From positions 1 through 41,842 of the forward strand of contig DVFU01000023.1 in NCBI GenBank assembly GCA_018713065.1: a stretch of 41,842 nucleotides of DNA, given 5' to 3'. Below the pieces are notes generated by a model. The model ran no database searches and was not told the DNA's origin. It saw nothing but the letters and a program-made list of their open reading frames with translations. The position numbers and the translations under genes are program-made. This stretch comes from Candidatus Faecenecus gallistercoris (GTDB lineage Bacteria; Bacillota_I; Bacilli_A; RF39; UBA660). Position 1 is the stretch's first letter. Every line of letters begins with the position of its first letter. Below are positions 1-10,480 of this stretch, piece by piece.

Positions 1-19
1 TATCAGAGTAAAATAGTCA

Positions 20-46
20 AACAAACAAGGAGTAACCTTGTTTGTT
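20..46. terminator. Perfect 11-bp inverted repeat (AACAAACAAGG-agtaa-CCTTGTTTGTT). Probably a terminator hairpin downstream of truA, or the end of a unit lying upstream of the window.
   Basis: Read directly from the sequence. The stem is T-rich on both strands. It lies about 90 nt downstream of the truA stop. Confidence 0.45.
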
Positions 47-134
47 ATTAACAAATCACTCAATATGTTGCCTTTAACCTTTCAAAGTTGTATTTACCTT
101 TTCAAGTCAGCGGGAAACTAGGTTTTTACAATTA

Positions 135-884
135 CTACACTTCATAATTAACTTTTACCAAATAAAGGCCACAAGCAGGAGCAGTTCGACCTGCTTTCAT
201 TCGGTCTTTACTTTCTAAAATAGCAAGCATTCTTTCCGGTTCCATTTTTCCTTCCCCAATGCGAATTAATGTTCCAACCATATTGCGAACCTGATACTTT
301 AAAAATCCACTTCCTTTAAAATAGATATGGATTTTAGACGGATTCAAAGCATCAATCGTCAAAGAAGTTTCATAGATTGTACGAACACAATTCTCATGAT
401 TTTTGTTTTCTGATACAAATGCTCGAAAATCATGTTCTCCTTCTAAATAGGATAGTGCCTTCTTCATTGCCTCTAAATCCAAGGCATGACAACATTGATG
501 GACGTAACATCTCTCGAGAGGATTGTACTCTCCTAAATTCATGATATATTCATACTCTTTCGAAGTAACCATATAACGAGCGTGAAAGTCATCTGCAACT
601 TGGCATGCTGAAATGACATGAATATCATCGGGAAGATTGCTATTCAAGGCACGCTTTAACTTGTTTTCTGTAATTTGCACCTGTAAATCAAAATGAGCAA
701 CTTGACCTAAAGCATGAACTAAGGCATCCGTTCGGCCAGATGAATGAACGACAGTCTTTTTTTGACCGTTGATATAAGAAACGGCTTTTTCTAGTTCTCC
801 TTGAACTGTTCTCAAGTTTGGTTGACACTGATATCCAGCAAACTGAGATCCATCATATGAAAATACAATTTTATATCGGCTCAT
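135..884 (-). CDS. truA: tRNA pseudouridine(38-40) synthase TruA
   Basis: ORF 135..902. It carries the TruA catalytic motif region SGRTDALVHALGQVAHF and sits in the conserved position after the ECF module. I moved the start to ATG 884 (MSRYKIVFSYDG), which is preceded by a GGGGG RBS. Confidence 0.92.
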   Translation of the reverse strand: MSRYKIVFSYDGSQFAGYQCQPNLRTVQGELEKAVSYINGQKKTVVHSSGRTDALVHALGQVAHFDLQVQITENKLKRALNSNLPDDIHVISACQVADDFHARYMVTSKEYEYIMNLGEYNPLERCYVHQCCHALDLEAMKKALSYLEGEHDFRAFVSENKNHENCVRTIYETSLTIDALNPSKIHIYFKGSGFLKYQVRNMVGTLIRIGEGKMEPERMLAILESKDRMKAGRTAPACGLYLVKVNYEV

Positions 885-885
885 A

Positions 886-1542
886 CTAACGCCCCCAAAC
901 AACTACTACAAGGAAAAACAAGATATGTACACAAAGATAAGATGTATCCCATTTTTCCCAATGAACTTCATCAACAAAAGTTCTTTCTTTCTTGCAGTTA
1001 TATAAACGCAATTTATGAAGAAGAACAATTTCTTTTAATTCTGATACAGAAATCCTGAAAACTCGTTTTAACAAATTCATATAATAATTCTTCTTTTCGT
1101 TCAATCCATAATTTTTTCGAACCGAATCAATTTTACAACAATTTTTCTTTAGCAATCCAGGGAAATAAATAATCGTCACAATAAATGTTGTAAAAGAACG
1201 ACTTTGAAAACGATAAAATGTTTTTTCAAATATATATTTAATCATCGGCGCATGAATAAACTTTGTCAACAAGCAAACGTAGACAATGAGAATCAATATT
1301 TTACTTATCCACAAAAGTTGTGGATAAAAAATTGCTACAATCGATATCAAGGTTGCTATTAAACTCATCATGCCGGTATAACGGTGACGATGAAGAAGTG
1401 CAAAGAAGAAGAAACTCACTATCATAAAAAATACTGAATCTTGAATAAAAATAATAGAAATCGTAAAGAAATATAGAGCAATTGCTTTACAAAAGATATT
1501 AACAGAATCTAATAGCGTGTGCTTAAACATGTTTATACACAT
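886..1542 (-). CDS. ecfT: Polytopic membrane protein at the position of ECF transporter T component (EcfT/CbiQ-like), short and divergent
   Basis: The call rests on synteny (rplQ-ecfA-ecfA'-ecfT-truA is conserved in Firmicutes) and a highly hydrophobic multi-TM sequence. At 218 aa it is shorter than typical EcfT, and I could not identify the coupling-helix motifs by eye. An alternative start is ATG 1530. Confidence 0.55.
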   Translation of the reverse strand: MCINMFKHTLLDSVNIFCKAIALYFFTISIIFIQDSVFFMIVSFFFFALLHRHRYTGMMSLIATLISIVAIFYPQLLWISKILILIVYVCLLTKFIHAPMIKYIFEKTFYRFQSRSFTTFIVTIIYFPGLLKKNCCKIDSVRKNYGLNEKKNYYMNLLKRVFRISVSELKEIVLLHKLRLYNCKKERTFVDEVHWEKWDTSYLCVHILFFLVVVVWGR

Positions 1543-2332
1543 CCTTTATCAAATCCAGTATATCTTTCTGATAAGATAGTTTCACATTTTTATCCCTCGC
1601 CTTTGTAACGAAAGAAACCAAATCAGGAACATCAATTTTATACTTTTTGAGTAATTCCACAGATTTGAACAAATCCGTCGCACGACCGCTCACAACAATC
1701 GTATCAGCAGCCAAAATGATTAAATCATCCGCTAAAGAATATAGCAAATCACTATCATTAGAGATAATAATAATCGTCTTCTTATATTTTACTTTTAACA
1801 TTTTAATCAGCCAAATCAACGATTTTTTATGATGAAAATCCAAATTAACCAGTGGCTCGTCGAAAATGATGACCCTAGGATTACAGATCAAAGAAACCGC
1901 AACTTGAATTAACTTCTTTTCACCAGACGAAAGAGTCACAATCTTCTTATCTAAGTAAGAATCATCTAATCCTACCAGATACAAAGAACTAAGCATTCTC
2001 TGCTGAATGTTAGAATCGTGATATTCTAAATTATCTACGATAAACTCCAATTCGTCTTTTACGCAATCCGTAAAAAACTGATCTTGTGGATTTTGACGAA
2101 CTAAAGCGACTTCCTGACGAACTTTTAAAAGTGTGTCGGAATCGATGATATCCTCTCCCACTTGAACGGTACCAGTCGTACAAGGAATAATACCACTGAT
2201 TAGTTCTGCAAAAGGTGTCTTATTTTTCCCCATAATGGCAGTAATTTTATTACCTCGAATGGTAACATTCAAATCGTAAAGAGCAGTATAGCCATTTCGC
2301 TTACAGGAAGCATTTTCTAATACTATTTCCAT
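1523..2332 (-). CDS. ecfA2: ECF transporter ATPase subunit (EcfA2/EcfA'-like) with degenerate Walker A
   Basis: ABC fold. Present: Q-loop VRQNPQDQF, signature LSSGE, Walker B VIIFDEP. The Walker A region reads AIMGKNKTPFAEL, with no GxxGxGK[ST] lysine. The H-switch His is replaced (IISNDS). It overlaps ecfA1 by 10 nt. Confidence 0.8.
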   Translation of the reverse strand: MEIVLENASCKRNGYTALYDLNVTIRGNKITAIMGKNKTPFAELISGIIPCTTGTVQVGEDIIDSDTLLKVRQEVALVRQNPQDQFFTDCVKDELEFIVDNLEYHDSNIQQRMLSSLYLVGLDDSYLDKKIVTLSSGEKKLIQVAVSLICNPRVIIFDEPLVNLDFHHKKSLIWLIKMLKVKYKKTIIIISNDSDLLYSLADDLIILAADTIVVSGRATDLFKSVELLKKYKIDVPDLVSFVTKARDKNVKLSYQKDILDLIKDVYKHV

Positions 2333-3138
2333 AGAGTATCCACCATCCTGTCCATATCGATAATGACTTCATCTAACAATCCATAAAGTTTCAACTTATT
2401 AGACAAATCGACCATGAAAGGAAGTTCTAAATTCAAACGACCAATTAACTTATCTTCCCGCATGACGGCAATGGGATCTCCTTCTACTGCAATTCGACCG
2501 TTATCTAAAACGTATAAATAATCAGCATACAAAGCGTCCATCAAATCGTTGGAAGTAAGTAAAACCGTAAGTCCTTTTTGATCGACCAAATAACGCAAGA
2601 TAGCAATCATTTCCATTCGATCACTTTTTTTCATCATGCAAAATGGACTATCCAATAAAAGAACTTTCGGATCATGAATGATAGCAACTGCTAACAATAG
2701 TTTTGCTTTCTCACTCATCGTCAATTTATCGATTTTACGATCGACTAAATCGTTTATCTTTAGAAGTCTTGTCACTTTTCCGATTCTTTCATCAATTTCA
2801 GCTTTTGGAAGAGCCAAATTCTCTAGTGGAAAAGCAAGTTCATGATAGACATCATCGAATAAAAACTGATCGTCTAATTCCCCTAATAGCACCCCGACTG
2901 TTGGAGCCGTATAATCAATATTTTTAGAATCAGCAATCACATAATTGACGGAAATTTTCCCATTACTAGGTAACAGTCCGGCTAGAAGTTTCATCAAAGT
3001 AGTTTTTCCAGACTTATTACATCCTACAATTGACACAAATTCCCCTTCGTTAACGGACAAACTAAAATCACTAAAGACATTTACTTTGCCATAGGAGAAA
3101 CTCAAATGATCAACATGTATAATTCCTTTCATCTTCAT
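2323..3138 (-). CDS. ecfA1: ECF transporter ATPase subunit (EcfA1-like) with degenerate signature, Walker B and H-switch
   Basis: Walker A GCNKSGKT is intact. The signature position reads LTMSEK, Walker B reads LLLDSP (Glu replaced by Ser) and the H-switch reads LTSNDL. A C-terminal ECF-type extension is present. Confidence 0.8.
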   Translation of the reverse strand: MKMKGIIHVDHLSFSYGKVNVFSDFSLSVNEGEFVSIVGCNKSGKTTLMKLLAGLLPSNGKISVNYVIADSKNIDYTAPTVGVLLGELDDQFLFDDVYHELAFPLENLALPKAEIDERIGKVTRLLKINDLVDRKIDKLTMSEKAKLLLAVAIIHDPKVLLLDSPFCMMKKSDRMEMIAILRYLVDQKGLTVLLTSNDLMDALYADYLYVLDNGRIAVEGDPIAVMREDKLIGRLNLELPFMVDLSNKLKLYGLLDEVIIDMDRMVDTLWK

Positions 3139-3165
3139 AGAAAAACCCCCGTTAATTGCCTACCT

Positions 3166-3194
3166 ATTATACAATAAAATATATTTTTTTACAA
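3166..3194 (-). promoter_or_regulatory. Sigma-A-type promoter for ecfA1-ecfA2-ecfT-truA
   Basis: On the minus strand: -35 TTGTAA, 17-nt spacer, then extended -10 TGTATAAT. It lies about 25 nt upstream of a GGGGG RBS and ATG 3138. Confidence 0.5.
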
Positions 3195-3227
3195 ATCATT
3201 TGTCAAAAAAAAGCGACACCGTTCATT

Positions 3228-3983
3228 TTATCGCTTTAATTTTTTTCGTTGTGTACGATAGGTGACTTTCATCATAAAATTTTCCGTTACAAAATGACTA
3301 AAAAATTTAGCACATTTCATCTTAAAACCAGGTATAATAATCAATTTTCCTTTTAACATCTGGTCGATAGCATATTTAGCGACATCTTCGCTCTTTAATC
3401 CTTTAATAGAAAACTGAACATTAGCAACTTGATCAAAATTGGTATCGACTGGTCCAGGACAAAGACAGGAAATCGATACTTTCGATTTTGCTTTTTTTAA
3501 CTCGAATGCAATCGCTTCGGTAAGACGGTAAACGTATGCCTTGCAACTATAATACGTAGCCATCAAAGGTCCCGGTGCAAAGGCAGCCGCAGATGCAACA
3601 TTTAAAATATATCCTGAATTTCTCTTCTTCATATCCTTCAAAAACATCTTTGTCAAAATATGAACTGCTCTAATATCGACATCGATCATCTCTAATTCAC
3701 GATTGATATCCGTTTCAACGAAATTACCACAAAGACCAAATCCAGCATTGTTAATCAGCACATCGATATTTTCATTCTTACAAATGACATACAGAGATTT
3801 CACATTGCTTTCTACTGCCAAGTCCATGACAATTGCCTTTACTTTGGTAGGAAGTTCATCTTGTAATTCTTCCAAAGCTTCCTTATTACGAGCCACCAAA
3901 ATCAAATCGTATCCCAATGATGACAAATATTTTGCCATGTCCCTTCCGATTCCAGAAGAAGCACCCGTAATCAATGCCTTCAT
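3228..3983 (-). CDS. Short-chain dehydrogenase/reductase (classical SDR, DltE/YqjQ-like)
   Basis: N-terminal TGASSGIG cofactor motif, NNAG motif, and catalytic YxxxK (YYSCK). Confidence 0.85.
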   Translation of the reverse strand: MKALITGASSGIGRDMAKYLSSLGYDLILVARNKEALEELQDELPTKVKAIVMDLAVESNVKSLYVICKNENIDVLINNAGFGLCGNFVETDINRELEMIDVDIRAVHILTKMFLKDMKKRNSGYILNVASAAAFAPGPLMATYYSCKAYVYRLTEAIAFELKKAKSKVSISCLCPGPVDTNFDQVANVQFSIKGLKSEDVAKYAIDQMLKGKLIIIPGFKMKCAKFFSHFVTENFMMKVTYRTQRKKLKR

Positions 3984-4003
3984 ATCCTACCACCTCTTAG
4001 TAT

Positions 4004-4032
4004 ATTATAACAAGAACCCATTATTTTCTCAA
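4004..4032 (-). promoter_or_regulatory. Sigma-A-type promoter for the SDR gene
   Basis: On the minus strand: -35 TTGAGA, 17-nt spacer, then extended -10 TGTTATAAT. It is followed by a GAGGTGG RBS and ATG 3983. Confidence 0.6.
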
Positions 4033-4050
4033 TTCCAAATCCAATTTTGC

Positions 4051-4074
4051 AAAAAAAAAGACTATTGCTAGTCT
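4051..4074 (-). terminator. Rho-independent terminator ending the ribosomal alpha operon after rplQ
   Basis: On the minus strand: AGACTA-gcaa-TAGTCT followed by a run of 9 T. It starts 9 nt after the rplQ stop. Confidence 0.75.
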
Positions 4075-4082
4075 TTCAAAAA

Positions 4083-4424
4083 TTATACTAATTTAAGAGT
4101 AACCATAAGGGCATCGTCGCCACGTCTTTCGTCCATCTTTAAAATTCTAGTATAACCACCATTACGATCTTTGTATCGAACAGCTAAATCATCAAATACT
4201 TTCTTTGCAACATCATCTCTATTGTGTAAAAATGCTATTGCTTTTCTTCTAGAAATTAAATCGCCTTTTTTACCATAAGTAATCATCTTTTCAGCAAACT
4301 TACGAACTTCTTTTGCTCTTGTCTCAGTTGTTACAACACTTTCGTTCATTAATAGATCGATTGTAATGTTTGCTAACATTGATCTTCTATGCTTAGTAGT
4401 ACGTCCTAATTTTCTATATGCCAT
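4083..4424 (-). CDS. rplQ: 50S ribosomal protein L17
   Basis: Translation begins [20 protein letters not shown] and shows the typical L17 pattern. It follows rpoA. Confidence 0.97.
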   Translation of the reverse strand: MAYRKLGRTTKHRRSMLANITIDLLMNESVVTTETRAKEVRKFAEKMITYGKKGDLISRRKAIAFLHNRDDVAKKVFDDLAVRYKDRNGGYTRILKMDERRGDDALMVTLKLV

Positions 4425-4441
4425 AGTAGTTCCTCCTTCTC

Positions 4442-5392
4442 TTAATCATCATCACGTAATGTTAAGTTTAAATCTCTTACTTTATCTAAAACTTCTTTTA
4501 GAGATTTTTTACCTAAATTACGAATTTTCATCATATCCCCTTCAGATTTATTAACTAAATCTTGTAGTGTATGAATGCCTGCACGTTTTAAGCAGTTATA
4601 TGCACGAACAGAGAAATCTAAATCTTCGATAGAAGTTTCTAAAGCTTTTACTTTTGGATCTTCTGTCTTTTCGATCATAAGTCCTGTCGTATCTGCAATA
4701 CTACTTAAATCTGTTAATAAATTGAAGTGTTCAATCAAGATACGAGAAGCTAGTGCAACTGCCTCTTCTGGTCTGATAGAACCATTCGTCCACACGTTTA
4801 AAACCAAACGGTCATAATTTTCATTTTGACCAACACGAGCAGGTTCTACTTCATAAGAAACTCTTTCAATTGGAGAATAGATTGCATCCATTGCAATTGT
4901 ACCAATCTTTTTGCCTTCAATGAACTTCTTCGTCTCTTCACTTCTAACGTATCCACGTCCATTTGTAACATTTAACTCCATAGATAGGCTTCCACCTTTA
5001 GCAAGGTTAGCAATAACTTTATCTGGATTTAAAATTTCAATATCTGCATCGTGCTCAATGTCGCCAGCAGTAACTGGTCCTTCTTTTTTAGCATTTAAAC
5101 GAAGTGTTCTATTTTCATTTGTATGATTTTTAATCACAACGTCTTTTAAGTTTAGAATAATAAGAGCAACATCTTCAATTACGCCATCGATTGTTTGGAA
5201 TTCTTGAGAAACTCCATCGATTTTAACGCTACTGATTGCAGATCCTGGAAGAGATGATAACATTACTCTTCTTAATGCATTTCCTAAAGTTGTTCCGAAT
5301 CCTCTTTCAAGTGGTTCAAGTTCAAATTTACCATAGAAATTGCTTTCTACGTAATCTGTAATTTTATAAGTTGGTTTTTCAAATTGTACCAT
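4442..5392 (-). CDS. rpoA: DNA-directed RNA polymerase alpha subunit
   Basis: 316 aa with the N-terminal assembly domain and the C-terminal domain ([14 protein letters not shown]). Synteny is rpsK-rpoA-rplQ. Confidence 0.97.
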   Translation of the reverse strand: MVQFEKPTYKITDYVESNFYGKFELEPLERGFGTTLGNALRRVMLSSLPGSAISSVKIDGVSQEFQTIDGVIEDVALIILNLKDVVIKNHTNENRTLRLNAKKEGPVTAGDIEHDADIEILNPDKVIANLAKGGSLSMELNVTNGRGYVRSEETKKFIEGKKIGTIAMDAIYSPIERVSYEVEPARVGQNENYDRLVLNVWTNGSIRPEEAVALASRILIEHFNLLTDLSSIADTTGLMIEKTEDPKVKALETSIEDLDFSVRAYNCLKRAGIHTLQDLVNKSEGDMMKIRNLGKKSLKEVLDKVRDLNLTLRDDD

Positions 5393-5416
5393 GAAACTTT
5401 CCTCCTATTCTATTGA

Positions 5417-5800
5417 TTAGCCACGTGGGCGTTTTGGTGGACGGCATCCATTGTGTGGAATTGGGGTAACATCGGTAATTGCTGTAATTTCAAGTCCTGC
5501 AGTTTGTAAAGAACGAATTGCAGTTTCACGACCAGGTCCTAATCCTTTTACGTAAACTTCAACCTTACGCATACCCATATCATAAGCAGATTTTCCAGCA
5601 GCTTCAGCAGCAGTACCAGCAGCAAATGGAGTAGATTTTTTACTACCCTTGTATCCTAGTGCACCACTAGAAGCCCATGAAATAGCATTTCCATCTTTAT
5701 CACAAATTGTAATAATTGTATTATTAAAAGTTGCATGAATGTGTGCGATTCCTTCTGGAACATTCTTCTTGACTTTTCTTTTTCTTGTATTATAAGCCAT
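5417..5800 (-). CDS. rpsK: 30S ribosomal protein S11
   Basis: Sequence signature ...[19 protein letters not shown]. Confidence 0.97.
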   Translation of the reverse strand: MAYNTRKRKVKKNVPEGIAHIHATFNNTIITICDKDGNAISWASSGALGYKGSKKSTPFAAGTAAEAAGKSAYDMGMRKVEVYVKGLGPGRETAIRSLQTAGLEITAITDVTPIPHNGCRPPKRPRG

Positions 5801-5825
5801 CGTCTTGACCTCCTATCTTACTTGA

Positions 5826-6191
5826 TTATTTCTTCTTATTAGCGACTGTCTTACCTTTACCCTTACGAGTACGAGCATTTCTATTTGTTCTTTGTCCTCT
5901 TACAGGTAAACCTTTTTTATGACGAGTACCTTGATATGAATTGATTTCCATCTTGGTTTTGATGTTCATATTAACTTCACGACGCAAATCACCTTCAACT
6001 GTACATTTGTTGATTTCATCACGAATTCTTGCTAATTCATCCGTATCAAGATCTTTTGCTTTCTTGTTTGGATCAACTTTAGCATTTGTCAAAATTGTCT
6101 TTGATAATGATTGACCAATACCATAAATGTAAGTTAATGAGATTAAAATTGCTTTATCGTTTGGAATATCTACACCTTTAATACGTGCCAT
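5826..6191 (-). CDS. rpsM: 30S ribosomal protein S13
   Basis: [13 protein letters not shown]... plus a basic C-terminal tail. Confidence 0.97.
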   Translation of the reverse strand: MARIKGVDIPNDKAILISLTYIYGIGQSLSKTILTNAKVDPNKKAKDLDTDELARIRDEINKCTVEGDLRREVNMNIKTKMEINSYQGTRHKKGLPVRGQRTNRNARTRKGKGKTVANKKK

Positions 6192-6209
6192 TTACATACA
6201 CCTCCTATT

Positions 6210-6323
6210 TTAACCTTGTCTTTGCTTGTGTTTTGGATTTGAACAAATTACCATAAGTTTTCCCTTACGACGAATAATTTTACAATTTGAGCAAATCTTT
6301 TTCACTGATGGTTTGATTTTCAT
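6210..6323 (-). CDS. rpmJ: 50S ribosomal protein L36 (below the ORF-track size cut-off)
   Basis: Manual minus-strand translation gives [37 protein letters not shown] (37 aa) with the CxxC...C..H zinc-type pattern. It lies between infA and rpsM, as expected. Confidence 0.93.
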   Translation of the reverse strand: MKIKPSVKKICSNCKIIRRKGKLMVICSNPKHKQRQG

Positions 6324-6338
6324 ATTTCATTCCTCCTA

Positions 6339-6554
6339 TTACTTTCTATAGGTTATACGCCCACGTGTTAGATCATATGGAGATAGTTCAATTATTACAG
6401 TGTCACCCGGTAAGATACGAATGTAATTCATTCGTATTTTACCAGAAACGTGAGCTTCCACTGTATGACCATTACTAAGTTGTACTCTAAACTTTCCCCC
6501 AGGTAAAATATCCAATACTTTACCTTCCATTTCGATTACATCATCTTTTGCCAT
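6339..6554 (-). CDS. infA: Translation initiation factor IF-1
   Basis: 71 aa S1-like OB fold; [13 protein letters not shown]...RITYRK. Confidence 0.96.
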   Translation of the reverse strand: MAKDDVIEMEGKVLDILPGGKFRVQLSNGHTVEAHVSGKIRMNYIRILPGDTVIIELSPYDLTRGRITYRK

Positions 6555-6632
6555 ATTTTCACTCTCCCGTCAAAATTTGGTATATTATTTGACTGCAACC
6601 GTTGATTCTAGCTAGCTGCAGAACTGCAAATC

Positions 6633-7292
6633 CTATTTTTCTTTGTCCAAGATTTGTTTTGCTTGTTCAAAAGTATAGACCTTATCTTTACCAGCATCGA
6701 TGCGATATAATAAGTTTCGCTTCTGATAAAAATCGATCAATGGACTTGTCTTTTCTAAATAAGTATCATAGCGTACTTGGAATGATTTAGAATTGTCATC
6801 GTCTCTTTGATAAAGAGTTCCACCACAACGATCACAGATACCATCCTTTTTCGGTTTTGATTCTGCTACATTTACGTTGTAAATTGCACCACATTTGCTG
6901 CATAGACGGCGACCTGTAATTCTAGATTCTAATACAGTTTTATCTACATCAAGTAGAAAAACATACCCAAGTGATAAATGTAACTTATCTAAAATTTCAT
7001 CATACTTTTTAGCCTGTTCCACATTTCGTGGAAAACCATCTAGTATAAATCCATTTTGGCAATCGGGTTCAGCCAAGCGACGCATCAATAAGTCATATAC
7101 GATTTCGTCGCTAACTAACTTCCCACTAGCTAAAATGTCTTTGATTTTTTTACCAAGCTCATCTTCTAAAGTTGCTGCTTCTCGTAAGAGATCCCCAGTT
7201 GAAATATGAGCAAGGTGATATTCCTTTTGTAATAATTCTGAAAGGGTTCCTTTGCCGGCAGCAGGTGCTGCCAATAGAATAATATTCATCAT
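6633..7292 (-). CDS. adk: Adenylate kinase (zinc-lid type)
   Basis: P-loop AAPAAGKGT and a Cys4 lid (CSKCG...CDRCGG). It overlaps the secY stop by 4 nt. Confidence 0.95.
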   Translation of the reverse strand: MMNIILLAAPAAGKGTLSELLQKEYHLAHISTGDLLREAATLEDELGKKIKDILASGKLVSDEIVYDLLMRRLAEPDCQNGFILDGFPRNVEQAKKYDEILDKLHLSLGYVFLLDVDKTVLESRITGRRLCSKCGAIYNVNVAESKPKKDGICDRCGGTLYQRDDDNSKSFQVRYDTYLEKTSPLIDFYQKRNLLYRIDAGKDKVYTFEQAKQILDKEK

Positions 7293-8572
7293 CTTCTACT
7301 GTATCCTCTTGAATAGTTTCTAGTAACTAAGCTTCCTTCTAGTTGCTTGTAAGTTTCCAAACAAACACCTACAACGATCAATAATCCAGTACCCCCAACG
7401 GTCACACTAGATGATAAAGATACATTTGGTGCTAAATTGATTAGTGCACTGAACACGATTGGTAAAATCGCAATGATAGTCAAGAATGTACTACCGACAA
7501 CTGTAAGTCTAGATAATACTTTGCTGACATATTTCTCTGTATCTTTACCAGGACGAATTCCTGGAATATAGCCTCCATTATTCTGTAAATTTTTGGCCAT
7601 CTCATCTGGTTTGATTTGAATGAATGTGTATACGTAACCAAATAGGAATATCAATACTACGTAAATAATAAATCCAACTGGCGTCGTATAATTCAAATAA
7701 TTATTTACAAAATTCGTAAAACTTGTATTGTTAATAAATTGTGCAATTGTTGCCGGAATTGCTAATAAACTAGAAGCAAAGATAACCGGTACAACCCCTG
7801 CAGAGTTAATTTTAATTGGCATAAATGACTGCTCAGCACCGTATGCACTTGATGATTTGTTCGCATATTGAATTGGAATCTTTCGATTGGCTTCTTCTAC
7901 AAAAATAACACCAATGATAATTATAAAATATACGATAACAAATGCGATAAATAACAAAATACCGATAATATTATTTAAAGAATTGTTCAAAACTAACCCT
8001 TGAAATGCTTCTGCAAACATCGTTGGCAATGTTTCAACAATACCTGCCATAATAATCAAACTAATTCCGTTTCCTAATCCTTTTTGCGTAATTTGATCGC
8101 CCAACCACAACGTAAATGCAGTACCAGCCGTCAAAATTGTTGCAACATATAAGTGTTCAAGAACTGGAACATGGGTACCTAAAAATGCAAATGAGAAAGC
8201 GAAACCTTCAATAAATGCAAATATGATACCAACATATCTTGTTATCTGATTAATTTTTTGTCTTCCAACCGGACCCTCTTTTGCAAGTTCACTAAAGTAT
8301 GGAATAATATCCATCTGTAATAATTGCATAATAATTTGAGCAGTAATATATGGCATGACACCTAAAGCAAAAATTGAAAATTGTCTTAAAGCGCCACCGC
8401 CCATAGCATTGATTAATTCTAGAAAACCTAAGTTTCCTGTAAGGTCGGTAGTACCAGGAACTCTAACTTTTGTTCCTATGACAAAGACCATTAATGCACC
8501 AAGCGTGAAAAGAATACGTTTGCGTAAGTCTTTGTTCGTCGGTGCAAATAATTGTTTCAATGCATGAAACAT
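7289..8572 (-). CDS. secY: Preprotein translocase subunit SecY
   Basis: 427 aa polytopic membrane protein in the rplO-secY-adk position. Confidence 0.96.
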   Translation of the reverse strand: MFHALKQLFAPTNKDLRKRILFTLGALMVFVIGTKVRVPGTTDLTGNLGFLELINAMGGGALRQFSIFALGVMPYITAQIIMQLLQMDIIPYFSELAKEGPVGRQKINQITRYVGIIFAFIEGFAFSFAFLGTHVPVLEHLYVATILTAGTAFTLWLGDQITQKGLGNGISLIIMAGIVETLPTMFAEAFQGLVLNNSLNNIIGILLFIAFVIVYFIIIIGVIFVEEANRKIPIQYANKSSSAYGAEQSFMPIKINSAGVVPVIFASSLLAIPATIAQFINNTSFTNFVNNYLNYTTPVGFIIYVVLIFLFGYVYTFIQIKPDEMAKNLQNNGGYIPGIRPGKDTEKYVSKVLSRLTVVGSTFLTIIAILPIVFSALINLAPNVSLSSSVTVGGTGLLIVVGVCLETYKQLEGSLVTRNYSRGYSRR

Positions 8573-8573
8573 A

Positions 8574-9017
8574 TTAGATCACCTCAGCTTTGCTACCTGA
8601 CTTTTCTATTTTTTCTAATGCGCTAGCAGTAAATTTATTAGCTTGGATTGTTAACTTTTTACCAAGATTACCATTTCCTAATACCTTAATTCCTGCTAAT
8701 TGATTTTTAACTAATCCTGTTTCTTTTAATAGTGCAGGAGTCACTACTGTTCCGTCTTCAAAACGGTTCAAATCTTCAACATTTACAACTGCATAAACGA
8801 TTTTAAATTTAGCGTTACTAAAACCTCTCTTTGGTAAGCGTCTGTATAAAGGTAATTGTCCACCTTCAAATACTGGATTGATGCTTCCACCACTACGTGC
8901 TTTTTGTCCTTTGTATCCTCTACCACTTGTTTTTCCTAGACCACTACCAACACCGCGTCCAACACGACGTCTTTCTTGTCTAGATCCTTCTGGTGTTCTT
9001 AATTCATTTAACTTCAT
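8574..9017 (-). CDS. rplO: 50S ribosomal protein L15
   Basis: Gly/Arg-rich N-terminus ([24 protein letters not shown]). It directly abuts rpsE, so no rpmD lies between them. Confidence 0.96.
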   Translation of the reverse strand: MKLNELRTPEGSRQERRRVGRGVGSGLGKTSGRGYKGQKARSGGSINPVFEGGQLPLYRRLPKRGFSNAKFKIVYAVVNVEDLNRFEDGTVVTPALLKETGLVKNQLAGIKVLGNGNLGKKLTIQANKFTASALEKIEKSGSKAEVI

Positions 9018-9018
9018 A

Positions 9019-9534
9019 TTATCCTAAAATCTCCTCTACTGATTTTCCTCTTAATTCAGCAACATGTTCAGCAGTCTTTAAAGATTTTAAAGCATTAACT
9101 GTAGCAGTTGCCATATTTAACTTAGTACGAGAACCAAGTGATTTAGATAATACATCACGAACTCCAGCAAGTTCAAGGACATCACGAACAGCGCCACCAG
9201 CTTTAACTCCAGTACCAGCAGCAGCAGGTTTTAATAGAACTCTACAAGCACCACTTGCGCAGCGAACTTCATGTTGAATTGTTCTGTTATCTACTAATGG
9301 GATTTTAACAACGTTTTTAGTTGCAGATTGAATTGCTTTCTTAATTGCATCTGGTACTTCAGCAGCTTTGCCTTTTCCTAGACCAATCTTACCATGTCTA
9401 TCCCCGACAACGACAACAGCTGAGAATCTTCTTTGACGTCCACCTTGCGTTACTTTTGTAACACTCTTAACGTCAATGACAAGTTCTTCATATAGCTTTT
9501 CTTGTCTTTTCGGGCTCATGTCTTTCTTTTCCAT
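9019..9534 (-). CDS. rpsE: 30S ribosomal protein S5
   Basis: S5 dsRBD and C-terminal domain sequence; spc operon order. Confidence 0.96.
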   Translation of the reverse strand: MEKKDMSPKRQEKLYEELVIDVKSVTKVTQGGRQRRFSAVVVVGDRHGKIGLGKGKAAEVPDAIKKAIQSATKNVVKIPLVDNRTIQHEVRCASGACRVLLKPAAAGTGVKAGGAVRDVLELAGVRDVLSKSLGSRTKLNMATATVNALKSLKTAEHVAELRGKSVEEILG

Positions 9535-9547
9535 AAATACCCTCCTA

Positions 9548-9904
9548 TTAGAATTCTAATCCATTTTCACGTGCAGCATCTGCTAATGCTTGAACACGTC
9601 CATGATATAGGTATCCACCTCTATCAAATACTACTTTCGTAATCTTAGCATCTTTTGCAGCTAAAGCAATTGCTTTTCCAACTTCTTTAGCAGCTTCTAC
9701 ATTACTACCATTTTTTAATTTTAAAGTTTGTGAAGATGCACTTGCTAAAGTAGTACCAGTTTCATCATCAATGATTTGTGCACTGATGTTCATATTTGAA
9801 CGAAATACGCAAAGTCTTGGAACGTCATGAGTACCTTTTACAGTTTCTCTAACACGTTTGTGTCTTTCAAGACGCATTTCATTACGAGATACTTTTTTAA
9901 TCAT
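9548..9904 (-). CDS. rplR: 50S ribosomal protein L18
   Basis: C-terminal [26 protein letters not shown]. Confidence 0.96.
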   Translation of the reverse strand: MIKKVSRNEMRLERHKRVRETVKGTHDVPRLCVFRSNMNISAQIIDDETGTTLASASSQTLKLKNGSNVEAAKEVGKAIALAAKDAKITKVVFDRGGYLYHGRVQALADAARENGLEF

Positions 9905-9921
9905 AAGTACTTTTCTCCCTT

Positions 9922-10455
9922 CTATTTAGCAGCTTTCTTTCCTTCTTTACGACGAACATATTCGCCAACATAACGAATTCCTTTACCTTTATAAGGCTCA
10001 GGTGGTCTTACGTCTCTAACCTCAGCAGCAAATTTACCAACAGCGGCTTTATCTGCTCCCTTAATTGTCAATTCTGTGTTACTAGGAACTTCGATGCTAA
10101 TTCCAGCAGGAAGACTAAGTTCAACTGGATGAGAGAATCCAGCATTGATAACTAGTTTGTTACCACTGTTTGAAAAACGATAACCAACACCGATAATTTC
10201 AAGTTTCTTTTCGAAACCTTCCGTTACACCCTTGATCATATTTTGAATATTTGCATTAACAGTTCCGTGCATTGCTTTATATAAATCGCTTGATCTTTTA
10301 ACAGTTAATTCATTACCATTTAATTCCAAAGAAATTCCTTTGCAAGAATTCGTAGTTAATTCACCCTTTGGTCCTTTTACTGTAATGACTTCATCTTTTT
10401 CTTCTACTGTAACACCAGCAGGTACGACAATCTTTCTATTTCCGATACGGCTCAT
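9922..10455 (-). CDS. rplF: 50S ribosomal protein L6
   Basis: [15 protein letters not shown]...; spc operon order. Confidence 0.96.
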   Translation of the reverse strand: MSRIGNRKIVVPAGVTVEEKDEVITVKGPKGELTTNSCKGISLELNGNELTVKRSSDLYKAMHGTVNANIQNMIKGVTEGFEKKLEIIGVGYRFSNSGNKLVINAGFSHPVELSLPAGISIEVPSNTELTIKGADKAAVGKFAAEVRDVRPPEPYKGKGIRYVGEYVRRKEGKKAAK

Positions 10456-10480
10456 ATTGACACCTCCTTATTTTGTTTTA

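Noticed and set aside
6605-6632. CTAG/CTGCAG/GCTAGC-rich palindromic cluster (ttctagctagctgcagaactgcaa) between adk and infA.
   Set aside because: It offers several short alternative pairings (4-5 bp) but no stable hairpin plus T-run. It is too short to assign as an attenuator or REP element.
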